NCBI GenBank assembly: GCA_033442325.1
Contig: JAWQFM010000028.1
Location: 217,202-281,201 of the forward strand
DNA length: 64,000 nt
Source: Salpingoeca rosetta
Lineage: Eukaryota > Protista > Choanoflagellata
Direction of reading: 5' to 3'
Shown here: positions 34,601 through 56,432 of the stretch, piece after piece
How the letters are laid out: every line of letters starts with the position of its first letter
How positions within the stretch are numbered: position 1 is the first letter of the stretch
Notes under the pieces: generated by a model
The model's input: the letters and a program-made list of their open reading frames with translations, nothing else
The model's database searches: none
What the model was told of the DNA's origin: nothing
Made by a program: the position numbers and the translations under genes

Positions 34601-36501
34601 TGGACGTGACCCAGTAGCCCCAGATGTCCAGGTAGTAGTACCCTGGGTCTGTGACGTCCTCGTCCACCAGCACCTCGTTGTCTGTTGTGGAGTTGCTGAA
34701 GGCGACGCTGTTGCCAGCAGCGTTGTACATGCGGGCGGTGAGATCCACCACGTCCTGGTCGAAGGTGACGGTGGCGGTGACCTTCTCTGCGCCCTCGCAC
34801 ACGAAGAACCGGAACCAGTCAAAGTCCTCCGGACACGTGTAGGCATCAAAGTGCGTCACACCAGCAGAGAACCAGTACGCGTCTGTGTGTTTGGTGGGTT
34901 GGGAGGGGGAAGGAGGGGGAAGGAGGGGGAAGGAGGGAGAACGCGATGAGAGACGTGTGGAGACGTGAGGGATTGGGAGTTTGGGGTGGGAAAGAAGGGA
35001 GGGAAGGTGAGAAGAAACCAAGATGGGCGGTGATGGGCACACGTGATGTCCACAAGAAACAGGGGCTGAGGGAACACAAGTACGTGCGCTCGTGCGGAAA
35101 GTTACAAGTGCACACGCAATGCGCACATGCATGCACAGATGACGCACACATGCGTGCACAGATGACGCACACATGCGTGCACAGATGACGCACACATGCA
35201 TACGTGCGTACGTCCATGCAAACACACACACACACACATACACATGCTCAACGCACAAAGCATAAGCGCGCACAAAGCAAATGCAGGCAACACATACACA
35301 GGACCCACCAACCTTCGTAAAAGTCGTTCTCCTCATACTGATCGTCTGGGCAACCGGAGCAGGTAACGGCAATGTCCACGTGGTATGGCGCTGTGGTGTC
35401 CGTGTAGTAGCCATACACCACGAGCCAGTACCAGCCACCGCCAACAGTGTCGGTGTGGGTGAGGTACTCGTTGTCTGTGGCGGACGTGGCTGCAACGACG
35501 TTGTTGCCCTCGCTGTCGTACAGGTACGCGTCCAGGTCACCCGTCTCGTGGTCAAACAGCACATCAATGGCCACTTGCCCGCCCGCGCACACGTACACGC
35601 GGTACCAGTCGAAGTCAGACTCGCACACGACGGCATCGAAGCTGGTCTGCTCTTCAGAGAGCACGTATGCGTTGTCAGACTCGTCGTTCTCCTCAAACTG
35701 ATCGTCGCTGCACACGAGGGCGGTGTCGTAGCCGGATGGAGGCGCCTGGCTTGGGTATGACCCTTCCAGGGCATACCTGCCCAGGGTGGCGAACGCAGCG
35801 GGCAGGACCGGCAGCTCATCTGGGATGCTCACGCTGAGAAAGTATGTGCCTGGCTGGAGGTTTCTGCGCAGGAGCACCGCGGGGTCCTTGGAGAAGAGGT
35901 CGTTTGCTGCGGGCACAAGGCCACCATCGCTGTTGAAGAGATTGAGGTGGAACGTGGGCTGCACGCCGCTGGTGGTGTCCACCACCTTGCCATCGGCGTT
36001 CACAGGGGCACGCTTCACGCTGGCAGATATGGCGCCGTTGGTGTCGGTGACCTGCACGCGCCACCAGTCGACGTCCGTTGGCGATGAGATGACGCCCGTG
36101 GCGGCAAAGGCGTGGCTGTTCACCAAGTTGACGCTTGCGGCAGTGGCGGGCGTGGAACCGGCCTCATCCAGGGCCTTGCCCGTGTCAGAGGAAGCGCGTC
36201 GGCGACGCTGTGGCTTGTGCTGTGGCTCCTGCTGCTGCTGCTGCTGGTCTTGGTCGACCCCTGCTGCTTGGAGCTGCGTGGGGCCATCCCCGAGGTTCTC
36301 CAGCGTCTGCGGGGTCAGGCGTGGCGTCGGTGGCGACGGCAGGTTGACGAGGCGGGCCGGCGGTGCGGTGGTCTGCTTGCTTGGGTTTGGGCGAGGGGCG
36401 GCGAGAAGTGGGAGCGTGTTCACGAGAAGAACAGCCACCACCAGTGCCAGGGCAGCAGGGCCTGGACTGCTGCGGATCCAGTTTGAGGAATTGTGAGCCA
36501 T
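31611..36501 (-). CDS. Secreted protein (~1486 aa) built from ~11 tandem bacterial pre-peptidase C-terminal (PPC)-like domains; exons 36501-35313 and 34882-31611
   Basis: Signal peptide (ALALVVAVLLVNTLPLLA). The phase-1 intron restores YEEND-FYE|DAYW. Ten ~110-120 aa repeats of consensus CxDDxFExND...C..DxDWYRVxVC..G.....F.H..GD(L/I)D..LYD..G..VA.S.STTDNE.....G.YYL.VYGY....PY, plus one divergent N-terminal unit. Confidence 0.85.
35131..35197. repeat. 23-bp minisatellite x3 (GCACAGATGACGCACACATGCGT) in the PPC-array gene intron
   Basis: Direct tandem copies with no spacers. Confidence 0.8.
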
Positions 36502-37275
36502 TACCGCTTGTCAAGCGAAAGGTGGGCTGATACAGATGGATAGATGGATGAGTGAGGATGGGTGAGGATGAGGGTGGATGAGGGTGGATGAGGGTGAGTG
36601 AGGATGAGCGTGGAAGAGAGCACTGTAATGGAGGAAGAGGAGGGGAACAGAGCAGCAACAACGTCGTTGCGAGGACACAAGCTTGGCTTGGTGCTTCTGT
36701 GTGTGGTGGTGAAAATGATGATGGCTCTCACCTCGCTCACTTCAGGGAAGTCATTTCACGCGCTGAGCAGCAGTGCTCAGCGCAGAAGTAAGAGGCAGAA
36801 CAGCAGAACGTGAACTTCACGTTCTGCGATTACTTCAGCATCATCACTGTCATCCGTGCCGTGCTCGAGAAGCCGAGTGCGTGCTCCAACCACTTCATTG
36901 CTTGATGTGCTTGATGTGGGCACGAGGAACACTGACACAAGAGACAAAGCGATCAAGCGAGTGCACAGTAAGTTTTGTGGGTGCTTGCATCTCCACGATG
37001 CAACTGTCGTCTGCCTCGCAGAAGCAACGTGGGTGTCCGTGTGTGTGTGCATGCCATCATTTTGTTGGTGCGATCGGGGGAGTGTGTGGTTGGTCGCTTG
37101 CATATCGTCAAGATCGTTGCGTGCGTGAGCAGCGTCGCGAACGGTGGCGTTTGCGCGCATTTCAAAAAAACGGTCTAAGACAGCATAAAATTCACAACAC
37201 CACAACAAACAGGCTTTTGTGTGTCGTGTCGCACAAACGGAGTTTGTTTGACCCACGACGACCACCACCGCAACC

Positions 37276-44045
<6,770 letters not shown>

Positions 44046-44451
44046 CTTTCTGATTGCTCGCTCGTGATGGCATCTCGCTTGCAGATGTCATGCCACAGTA
44101 TCGTGCTGTGTGTCGTGTTGTGTCTTGTGTGTTTGTCTCTCTTCCTCTCCCTTTCTCTTAGACTTTGTCTTTGTCTCTTCCCTTGCTTGCTTGTTGATTT
44201 CGTTCGTACGCAGCTGCTTCCTCTCTCTATCTCTCTGTCTGTGTCTTTGGCTCTGTCTCTTTGTGTCCCTGATCACCATGTTCTGCTTTCAGTTGTTCTT
44301 CTTCGTGGTAGTCCCCATTCTTAGATTGTGCTGTCTCACACGCGTGCGATGGCGTTATTCGATCGCTCTCATATTCCCTTGCATGTGCCGTGCTGTGTTT
44401 GTTGGTGGTGGTGCTCGTGTTGTTTGTCTGTACGCACACGCACGCACGCAC

Positions 44452-45567
44452 CAAAGACGACGTGTTTGTTGTCGAGGAAGTCACATTTTGTGCACGTGAT
44501 GAAGAACTGGCAGCCGTTGGTGTTGGGCCCGCTGTTGGCCTGTGTTGTCGAAGCGCGGCAAGATGGATGCAAATCAGTTGAGGCGCCACAGAGCGCTTGA
44601 GGCGCCACAGAGCGCTCGCAGCACGATACACAAACACACACACACACACACAACACAATATAACACAACGCACGCACACACACACACACACACACACACG
44701 ACAAAACAAAACAAATACACTACACAACACACACGCACACACCATTGAGAGGTCGCCGACATCTGTGTGCTTGTGGATGAAGTTCTCGTCAGCAAACTTG
44801 CCGCCATAGATGCTGGCAGTGCCCGTGCCATCCCCCTGATACAGCAGACACACGTGAGTCGGCGGGTGTCACGCACATACGGATGAATCGAATGAATAAA
44901 CCTTGTTAAAGCTGAGGTGCATGAGTCGTTGTGGACATACACACACACACACACACTTGCACACAATCCCAGAAAATTTACACGCGGTGTCACACCTTCA
45001 CGTAATCGCCGCCCTGGATCATAAAGTCCTTGATGACGCGATGAAACTTGCTGCCTTTGTAGCCCTGAGGGATGCCGTCTTTTCTGTGATGGCAACACGA
45101 CACATAGTGTGTGCGTGTGTGTTTGCAGTGAACAAGACGGCTTCGTACCTGCAGACCGCAAGAAGCCTATCACTGGACAATCAAGCAATATCTCACACGC
45201 ACACATGGCCAGACACAGCAAAGCAGCGCACCCGCACACACACACACACACGCACACACAGAGACACATGCACACATAGACGAACCTGTATTCACCAGTG
45301 CAGAGCTGGCGGAAGTTCTCTGCTGTCTTGGGGCAGGTGGAGCTGAAGAGTTCAAACTTCATGCGGCCAAGAGCATGGCCGCCAACCTCAATGTCCATAA
45401 ACACGATCGGGTGCTCAGGCTTTGGTGCGTCCTCTGCTTGTGTGAGTGAGTGGGTGTGAGTGAGTGTGCGTGGTGAGTGAGACAGGGAGGTGTCAGTGTG
45501 CAAATGGATGCCAGTCGAAGTCAAGCGCCGCTCGTGCAGCGCAAACACACACATCAACACACACATC

Positions 45568-45652
<85 letters not shown>

Positions 45653-45725
45653 CATACGCACCGGGTGCCTCCTTCCCATCAGTCTTCTTCTCCTCCTTGG
45701 CCCGCTTGGCCTCCGGCTCAGACAT
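44452..45725 (-). CDS. PPIH: Cyclophilin-type peptidyl-prolyl isomerase, PPIH (U4/U6 snRNP CypH)-like; terminal exon not identifiable
   Basis: [12 protein letters not shown]...GRMKFELF...[16 protein letters not shown]|[27 protein letters not shown]|[11 protein letters not shown]...FADENF|[30 protein letters not shown]. The RKDGxPxGYKG loop and NGCQFFITC are PPIH-typical. Confidence 0.88.
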
Positions 45726-45936
45726 CTTCGTTTGAGTGCCTCTTGTTTGTCGCACGACGTTCGCTCGCGCTGATATCGGGGTGTTGCGGCACGACAGCAA
45801 AAAATGCATATTCTGACAGTTTCATCTTCGCTGGCTGGCAACGACAAACTCCACCACTGCCCACCACCACACACGAACAAGCACACACGCACGCTCACAT
45901 CAACGCCAACACCCTCCCCCCTCCTCTCGCGCGATC
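45726..45936. promoter_or_regulatory. Probable bidirectional promoter between PPIH and SPAG1
   Basis: Head-to-head ATGs are 211 bp apart. Inferred from geometry only. Confidence 0.55.
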
Positions 45937-47260
45937 ATGGAAGAGTTGAAGAACCTGCTGCAGGAAGGCGGTGATGACGATGATGAAACCACGCAGCAGC
46001 AGCAGCAGACGCCTGGCGTCAGTGTGCCTGCTGACGGGGAAGTGAAGGTTGAGCACATGGATTATGATTACGTGGGCAAGTGCACTGACGTCAAGCACCT
46101 CGTGCGCATCTTGAAGGCCCTGCGGTCTGGCAAGGAGGGCGTGTACCCGCACCTGGAGCAGTTCACGGAAGACCGCATTCGCAAGCTGGACCCCGCAAAC
46201 AAGGTCCTGCTCAAGGAAGAAAAGGTGACCTCCACCAAGCGCCTTGCCGCGAAGCAGCGCGAGGACATAGCCAAGCAGTTTGAGGCCTTTGAGGCACAGG
46301 CCAACGCCATGGAGGAGGCCCTCAAGTCGCCTGCCGCGCGCCCGCAACGCTCCTTTGCCTCCATGCCACCCATCCGCAACCAGGCACAGGCGCGCGTGAG
46401 CTTCAACGAGGCCGACGCTGCCTCACAACAGCAGCAGCAGCAAGCTGCAGGCTCCAGCAATCCTTCCAAGAACAAGAAAAGCAAGAAAGCACAGCGCGCC
46501 AAGCGAATTCCAGGGTGAGCACGTGTGCATATGTTTGTGTGTGTGTGTATGTACGTTTGTGTAGAGTGTGTTTGTTGGGTTTGACGCCACCAATCTCCCC
46601 TTGTCACTCACGCCAGCGTCCTGGCTTTTTCATCCCACGTCACACCCACAGCCACGATTTTCGCGCATGGGATAAGTTTGATGTGGACAAGGCCCTTGAC
46701 GAGATTGATGCCGAAGACGCAGAAGAGCAGCAGCAGGAGTTTCAGCGCCTTGCACAACAAGGTGTACAAGTGTGTGTGTGTGTGTGTGTGTGTGCCTGCG
46801 TGAGGGTGATTCGTTGTGTGTGTTCATGGCTGCACAACAAACACTGTCAGCATCGTGTCAATGTTCGCCCCCCCCCCTCCCCGCCAACTCCACACGTCAG
46901 CTCCACACCCCACACGTCAGCTCACATTCTCTCACGCCGTCTACGACCACGACCACGAACACCATGATCATCACCATGAGCAGCGCGGCCCGGTGCGCGT
47001 GTGCGCGGAACTGACATGGGCGTGACGCTGCCATCCTCGCACGTGGAGGGGCTGCCCGAGAGCAAGCAGCTGCGGGAAAAAATGGCAGAGGAGGAGAAGA
47101 TCAAAGGCAACGAGGCACTGCGCAGCGGTGATATCCAGGTGTGTAGGGAACGGTCGGGGTGAGGCTGAGTATGGCGCTGCCCACACACCTTCCCATGCAT
47201 TTGCTCACAAACAATGCTTGTTTCAATCGTGCGCGCGCACACACGCACACACACACACAC

Positions 47261-47319
<59 letters not shown>

Positions 47320-48903
47320 GTCACCGCCGTTGCGACCTTCAGGAGGCGCTGGTGTACTACACGCGGAGTCTGTCCATCCAACCCACGGTTGCCTGTCGCA
47401 ACAACCGCGCCCTGGCGCACATCAAGGCCGCAAACTATGCCGATGCCGTGCATGATGCAACCACTGTCATCACAGCTGACCCAGACAACATCAAGGTCCG
47501 TTGATGCGCGCGCGCACACGATGTGTGTGTGTGTGTGTGTCCTCTGCGGTAAAGCAAGCTTCACTGCTTGTTCACACCCACCCCCCGGTATTTACACACG
47601 CCCATTCACCTTAACCCATATCTTCATCGTCGTCACCACTACCGCAGGCTTACATCCGTCGCGGGTGGGCGCAGCTCGAGCTCAAGTCTTTTGACGACGC
47701 CAGAGCCGACCTGAACATCGTCCTCCAAGCCCAGGTGAGCAAGCATGTATTGCGCACATTTACGTGCTGTTGTTCTAAATGCTGGTTGTAGCACCGACAC
47801 TCACATGTACAGAAACACACACACACACACAAACACAACACACAAACACACACACACACACACACACAACTGCTGCCACAGCCCGGGAACAAGGACGCGC
47901 GCCGACTGCTTGATCGCGTGGCCGCGGCGGAGGCGAAGGAGGAGGAGGACAGGAAGGCTGCACAGGCAGCAGCAGTGGCCGGCACGCAGGAGGCGCAGCA
48001 CGCATCCCGCGTATTTGGTGATGGTGATCAGGGAAGAGGACAGGAGTTGGAGGGCGCAAGCAAGGAGCAGAACACGAAGGCAACAGAGAAGGCACAAAAG
48101 AAGAGCAAGAAGAAAAAGAAGCGCATGGTGATTGAGGAAGTGGATGAAGACGAACGCACACCACAACCAAAACCACAGCAACAGCCACAGCAGCAGCCAC
48201 AGCAGCCACAGCAGCCACAGCAGCAGCAAGAGAAGGACAAGGGGGAAGGCGCAGCCTCAGCCAGCGACACAACAGCAGCCACCAGCGTCAGTCCTCCACC
48301 AACAACCAACACCGCCCCACCACCACCAGCACAAACAGCTACAACCAGCACCACAGGGCCAAGCGATGCTGTGCAGCCGTCAGCGCGCGTGTTGGAGCTG
48401 AAGGACAAGGCAAAGGCGGCATTTTCCACCGGACAATATGCAGACGCAATGCATCTGTACACATCCGCGCTGGAGGAGGTGGACGCGGTGTCCTGTGCGC
48501 TCACACGCGTGCAGTTGCTCAACAACCGCGCCGCGTGTCTGCTCAAGCTGGGCGACGATTCAAAATGCATCCAGGACTGCACGGCCGTGCTTGACGTGCA
48601 TGCAGGCAACGCGAAAGCGCTCCTTCGACGCGCGCTTGCGTACGAGCACAAGGAGAAACTCCATGAAGCACTGGCGGACTTCCGATCCGTACAGCGGCAG
48701 CACCCGGGCAACACGCAGGCTGTGCAGGGCGCAAACCGCGTGGGGAGCATGATGCGCAGCATGGCAGGGCACAGCATCGTTCGTGGACGCAGCAGCGCCA
48801 AGGAGCAGGCGAACAAGGCGGAGGCCACGTCCAAGGGGAAGGTGGTGGCGGGGAGCAAGAAGCCAAAGGCAGCCACCCACGAGCAGCAGCAGCAACAGCA
48901 ACG

Positions 48904-48969
<66 letters not shown>

Positions 48970-48991
48970 GCAACAACAACAACAACAACAA

Positions 48992-49045
<54 letters not shown>

Positions 49046-50776
49046 GAGGAGCAGAGCAAGGCGAAACGCACCGCCAAAGAGGCGCCAACTGCGCCGGAAT
49101 CGGCGGTGCCTGCAAGCACGCGCCAGCACGCCGCAAAGTACGAAGCGCTGAAGAACAAGGGCAACGGCTTTGTCAAGGCAAAGAAGTTTAGGGAGGCGAT
49201 TGCAGCCTACAACGAGTGCATCGGTGTGGACCCGGAAAACGTGGCGGCCTTCAACAACCGCGCGCTGTGCTGGCTGAAGCTCGGCGAGAACGAGCGAGCA
49301 AAGGCAGATGCCCTGGTTGTGCTGCACCGTGACCCCACGAACGTGAAGGCGTGGTACCGGCGTGGGCTGGCCCATGCTGCGCTTGGCGAGAAGACGGACG
49401 CCCTTGCGTCGTTCACGCGCGCAGTTGAGATAGAGCCAGGCAACGCCGCAGCAGCCAAGGAGAAGCGCGCGCTGGAACAGGAGATGGGGACACATGCGAA
49501 GACACAGACAGCAACAGAGGGGCGCAGTGCACAGCCGGGTAGTGGTGACAGCAGTCGTCGTGGTGAGGTGAAGAAGGACAAGGTGAAGAAGAAGAAGAAG
49601 AAGCTGGTGATTGAAGAAGTGGACGAGGAAGAGGAGGAGATGGATAAGGGGAAAGATAAGGATAAGGGGAAGGGCGTGGATCATGGCACGGCGCAAGAAG
49701 GTGCAGGGAAGGGTACAAAGGCGGGTGCACGCAAGAGCAAGAAGGGCGGTGGCGAGAAGGCGACACCACGCCCGCTGGTGGAAGAGTTTGAACTACCGCC
49801 AGCGCCAAAGGCTGCGAAGAAGCAAGAGGCGAAGGCCAAGCAGCAGCAACAACAACAGCAGCAGTGGGGTGACGGTGGTGATGAGGAGGCGGCTGCAGTG
49901 AGGGCGAAGCTTCAGGCCATGACAGCAGAGCGCAACAAGCTGGCAGCAGAGGTGGCCGAGGCACAGCGGCGGGTCGAGACGGGGCAGGCGAGCGTGGCGG
50001 ACACAACACAGCAAGTGGCGCAGATGGAAGAGCGATTGGCCAAGACATCACAGCGACTGCAGGATGTGACGCAAGAGGTGCGCGCATCGCTTGCCGCGGA
50101 AATGGAGGGAGACGCGAAGAGCACAGGCGAGGACGAGGCGGCGAGGCAGAAGCAGGTGGCGGGGAGGGAAGAAGGTGCGAACGTTGAGGAGGGCACAACC
50201 ACAGCGAAGGTGCAGACGAAGACGAAGACAAAGACAGAGGCGTGGGGTGAAGAGAGCCAGGCGTCAGCCGAGGATGAAGTGGCGTCCATCATGAAGGAAG
50301 CCATCGCCAGCCAACAGCAGCAGCGGCAGCAACAACAGGGCGGTCGCGGTGGCAGCAGCAGTGGGCCTGCATCGAGTGCAGACTTCATGCGACGGTGCAG
50401 CGAGGCAGTGCGGCGGGACAATGCGCAAGCCATGTGCGAGCTGCTGACCTCTGTCAAGCCATCACAGCTACCCGTGCTCTTCTCGAACCAGCTGGAGGCG
50501 GAGGAATTGGTGCTTGCTGTGCGTGGGCTGTGCCTGTCGCCCAAGCCCGTGGGCGCATTCAAGCGGCTGCGCACGCTCACGCGGTGTGCGCGGTTTGACA
50601 TTACGGTGCAGTTCCTGGAGGAGGAGGATCAGGAGGTGCTGCGCGTGTGTGTTGGGGACGTGTGCCGGCGTGCGTTGGAGGTGGCTGGCACCACCATCAC
50701 CACGGAAAACATCGCTGCCTTGCACGCCGTCTACGGCCTCCCACCACCCTCCTCCTCCTCCTCCTCGTCGTCGTAG
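45937..50776 (+). CDS. SPAG1: Sperm-associated antigen 1 (TPR co-chaperone, axonemal dynein assembly factor; RPAP3 family), ~6 exons
   Basis: N-terminal VEHMDYDYVGKCTDVKHLVRILKALRSGKEGVYPHL and HDFRAWDKFDVDKAL match SPAG1. Three TPR clusters (KIKGNEAL..., KDKAKAAFSTGQY..., KNKGNGFVKAKKF...). RPAP3-like C-terminal domain (PASSADFMR...LPVLFSNQLE...RFDITVQFL). Confidence 0.9.
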
Positions 50777-50938
50777 ATGCGTGCTCTTGTGTGTGTGTGT
50801 GTGTGTGTGTGTGTGCATGTGTGTGTGCATGTGTGTGCATGTGTGCGTGTCAGAGTGGAGTGAGACATGAAGCAACAAGCAAACCATTTCAGCGGTCATC
50901 AGTCACAATCATCATCCACACAAAACAACGCAACGACG

Positions 50939-53497
<2,559 letters not shown>

Positions 53498-54220
53498 TGT
53501 GGCAAGGATGCCCGTTTGCACACGTGCGTGTGTGTTTGTAGATGGATGAATGGACGCTCTTTGTTGCGTATTTGTGCGTGTGTATGCGTGTGTGTGTGTG
53601 TGTACTTCGTGTGTGTCATGAGTAAAGGAATCACTTGGCGAAGGAACAAGCAGACTGGCACTTTCTACTTGTTGTCAGCGTGTCATCCCCCTCCATTCTA
53701 CACGTTCACGATCAGCGATCACACACACGTGCACGCATCACAACAAAACCACGAAAACCGCAAGCGAGCAGCAACGCCACAGACTTGAGTGCACGTACTA
53801 ACAGTCATGTCAGTCAACAATCTCAATACACATTGGGTGTGCACGTGTGTGGGCACGGCGACAAAATAGACACAAAAGGAGGAACAGGAACAAAGGTCCC
53901 GAGGAGCAACAGGGAGACATGGGGTGCATACAATACATGGAACGGTCGGAAGAAGTTGTGATGAAACCGGGGATACACGGCGAAGCGACAATTTGAGCCG
54001 CAGCAAGCGGTCGACATAAAGCAGCGCCGCGCATAGCTGAAACAGAACAAACACGGAACTGCGTGTAGACACAAAACAACCACAACCACACGTGCAACAA
54101 GCACGACACTACCAAACAAACACACACACGCACACACACAAAAACAAACAACCAAACACACAAGCAAGCAAACACACACACACACACACACACAAATACA
54201 GCATCAACAGCAGCATGGCA

Positions 54221-56112
54221 TTACGACTGCTGTCCGCGCCACGCGGACGGGCGGTCCTCGTCGTCGGCGTTGTCGTCGAGGGTGATGGACCATCTGTGTA
54301 GAAAAGAGTTGGGGTGGTGGTGAGTGAGTGAGTGAGTGAGTGGGTTGGGTTGTGAGGCTCGTGCAGGCACAGTGTGAGGGACTGTGTGCATGCGTGTGTG
54401 CATGTGTGTGGTTGTGAACTTTGCGTCATTGCAAACACTGACTTGTTGAGGATCCAGATCTTGTCCATGCGCTCCTGTCACCGCAAGACGATGAAATGTG
54501 GAACGGGAAGCAGCGGGCATGAGTGGTGAGTTGACAGGGTAGGTGAGGAAGTGCTTGCTATCGCATGCAAAATGAGACGACCAACAGCAAGGCTACAGCA
54601 ACACTGCCATCTTGACTGTCATCCAACAACCAGCGCGCAACAGTGTACAAACGTGCGTGTGCATGTTTATGCAGAGGTGCACGTGTATGTATGTATGTAT
54701 GTATGTATGTATGTATGTATGTATGTATGTATGTATGTATGTGTTTACGTACGAGATCACGCTCGACTTGGAGTTTGTTGATGAGTTTCTTCTGTGCGCG
54801 AATGACGGCGCGGTTGATCAGAATCCACGTGCTGTGCGTGTGCGTGTGTGCATGTGTGAGCCATGTTGTAAAGTGGTGTTGGAAGAGGCGTGTGGGGATG
54901 GACGTGGAGTGGTGTGAACAAAGACAGCACATGCGAGTGAGTGGAAACGTGACGAAGCAATGACGTTGTGGTCGTGTGCATACCCTCAACCCCACATCTT
55001 ACTGACTCAGAACACCACCATCACCACCACCACCACCACCACAACGACCATCGCCAGTGCTTACAGGAGGCCGAGGAAGAGAAGAGCACCAAAGGCGACG
55101 GTGCCGATGTACTGCAGGACGACGCGGACGCCGTACGGCCATGAGTCGTACTCGATCAGCAGCACCTCATACACCGTGTCGTAGTTCCTGATTATGGTGG
55201 TGGTGGTGGTGTGAGAGGTGAAGCGGGCAAGGCAATCATTGGCGTTCTCACAGAAGAAATGCTCACGAGGGAAGAAACTATACATGCACACACATACATG
55301 CACACACATACACAATCACACACACACACACACAATCACACAATCACACAACACCTACTCCCTCACGACCAAACCAATCACCCGACAACACATTACACAC
55401 CAAAACACATTTGCATCGTATGCCATATGCCGTGCTGCCGTACCTGTAAGGCCCGCAGCCGGAGGGGCAGTTGCTGCAGAGGACGGAGGCGGTTGTCTGC
55501 ACACCTTCCTCAAACGGCGTGTTGTCAACCTTGTAGCAGATGGGCTGTGATGTGGTGTTGTGTTGTGTGGTGTTGTGGTGATGTGTGGTGTAAGTTGCAT
55601 GAAGGAATAAATGCATCATCAAAGGGCACAAAGGCGCAGGCACAAGTGCACTGCACACGCCCAAACGTACAAACAAAACGAGTACGCTCACGTCTGTGCT
55701 TGCTGTGAAGTTTGTGACGAGGCAGTCGCTGCAGGACACGAGCTCATCGGCGCCGGTGCAGGAGGTGTTGCCGAGGGCGGTGGGGTCGATCCAGCGCGCA
55801 ACGTCGACCTCATCTTGATACAGCCCAGACGGCGCAATGCTGCCGTGGACGGGTAGAGCGGCAGGTGAGGTGTGAGGTGTGATGTGTGAGTGGGTTAGGA
55901 TAGGAGATGGAGAGTGAGCGCATTGTGTGCGTTGTGGTGTGTGCGTTGTGGTGTGTACGTTGTGTTGTGTGTGCGTGTGTGGGCGTTGTGTTGTGTGTGC
56001 GTGTGTGGGCGTTGTGTTGTGTGTGTGAGCGAAGCCACAGCCATTCTATTTCCTCCAATCGACTCAAACACTCACGAGCGCAGCGACGCTCAAAGAACAA
56101 GACACACCAACC

Positions 56113-56143
<31 letters not shown>

Positions 56144-56385
56144 GTGTGTATGTGTGTGTGTGTGTGTGTGCGTACCGGGTGATGGTGTATCCGAGCGGGA
56201 TGGTCATGCAGACGATGGTGATGAGCATCATGAACGACATGACCGAGCCCAGGCTGTACGTCGCGCGGAACAGACGCACCGGTGGCGCACAGAACTGACG
56301 CCGATGGTGACGATGGTCACACGCGGTGGCGACAGGTGGTTGAGAGGGTGAGAAATAAGTTGGGACAAGACCTGACAGACAGACT

Positions 56386-56432
<47 letters not shown>

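Noticed and set aside
35131-35197. Short direct repeats (also 44578-44616 and 61878-61946) as a possible CRISPR-like array
   Set aside because: Contiguous tandem copies without unique spacers, no cas genes, and located in eukaryotic introns.
34883-35819. N-terminal part of the 1402-aa ORF, suggesting a frameshift or two separate genes
   Set aside because: Explained by a canonical phase-1 intron (35312-34883) joining the 417-aa and 1402-aa ORFs into one gene.
31611-36501. Bacterial contamination as the source of the PPC-array gene
   Set aside because: It has a host-style spliceosomal intron with microsatellites, a poly-Q linker, host-like codon usage and continuous eukaryotic flanks.
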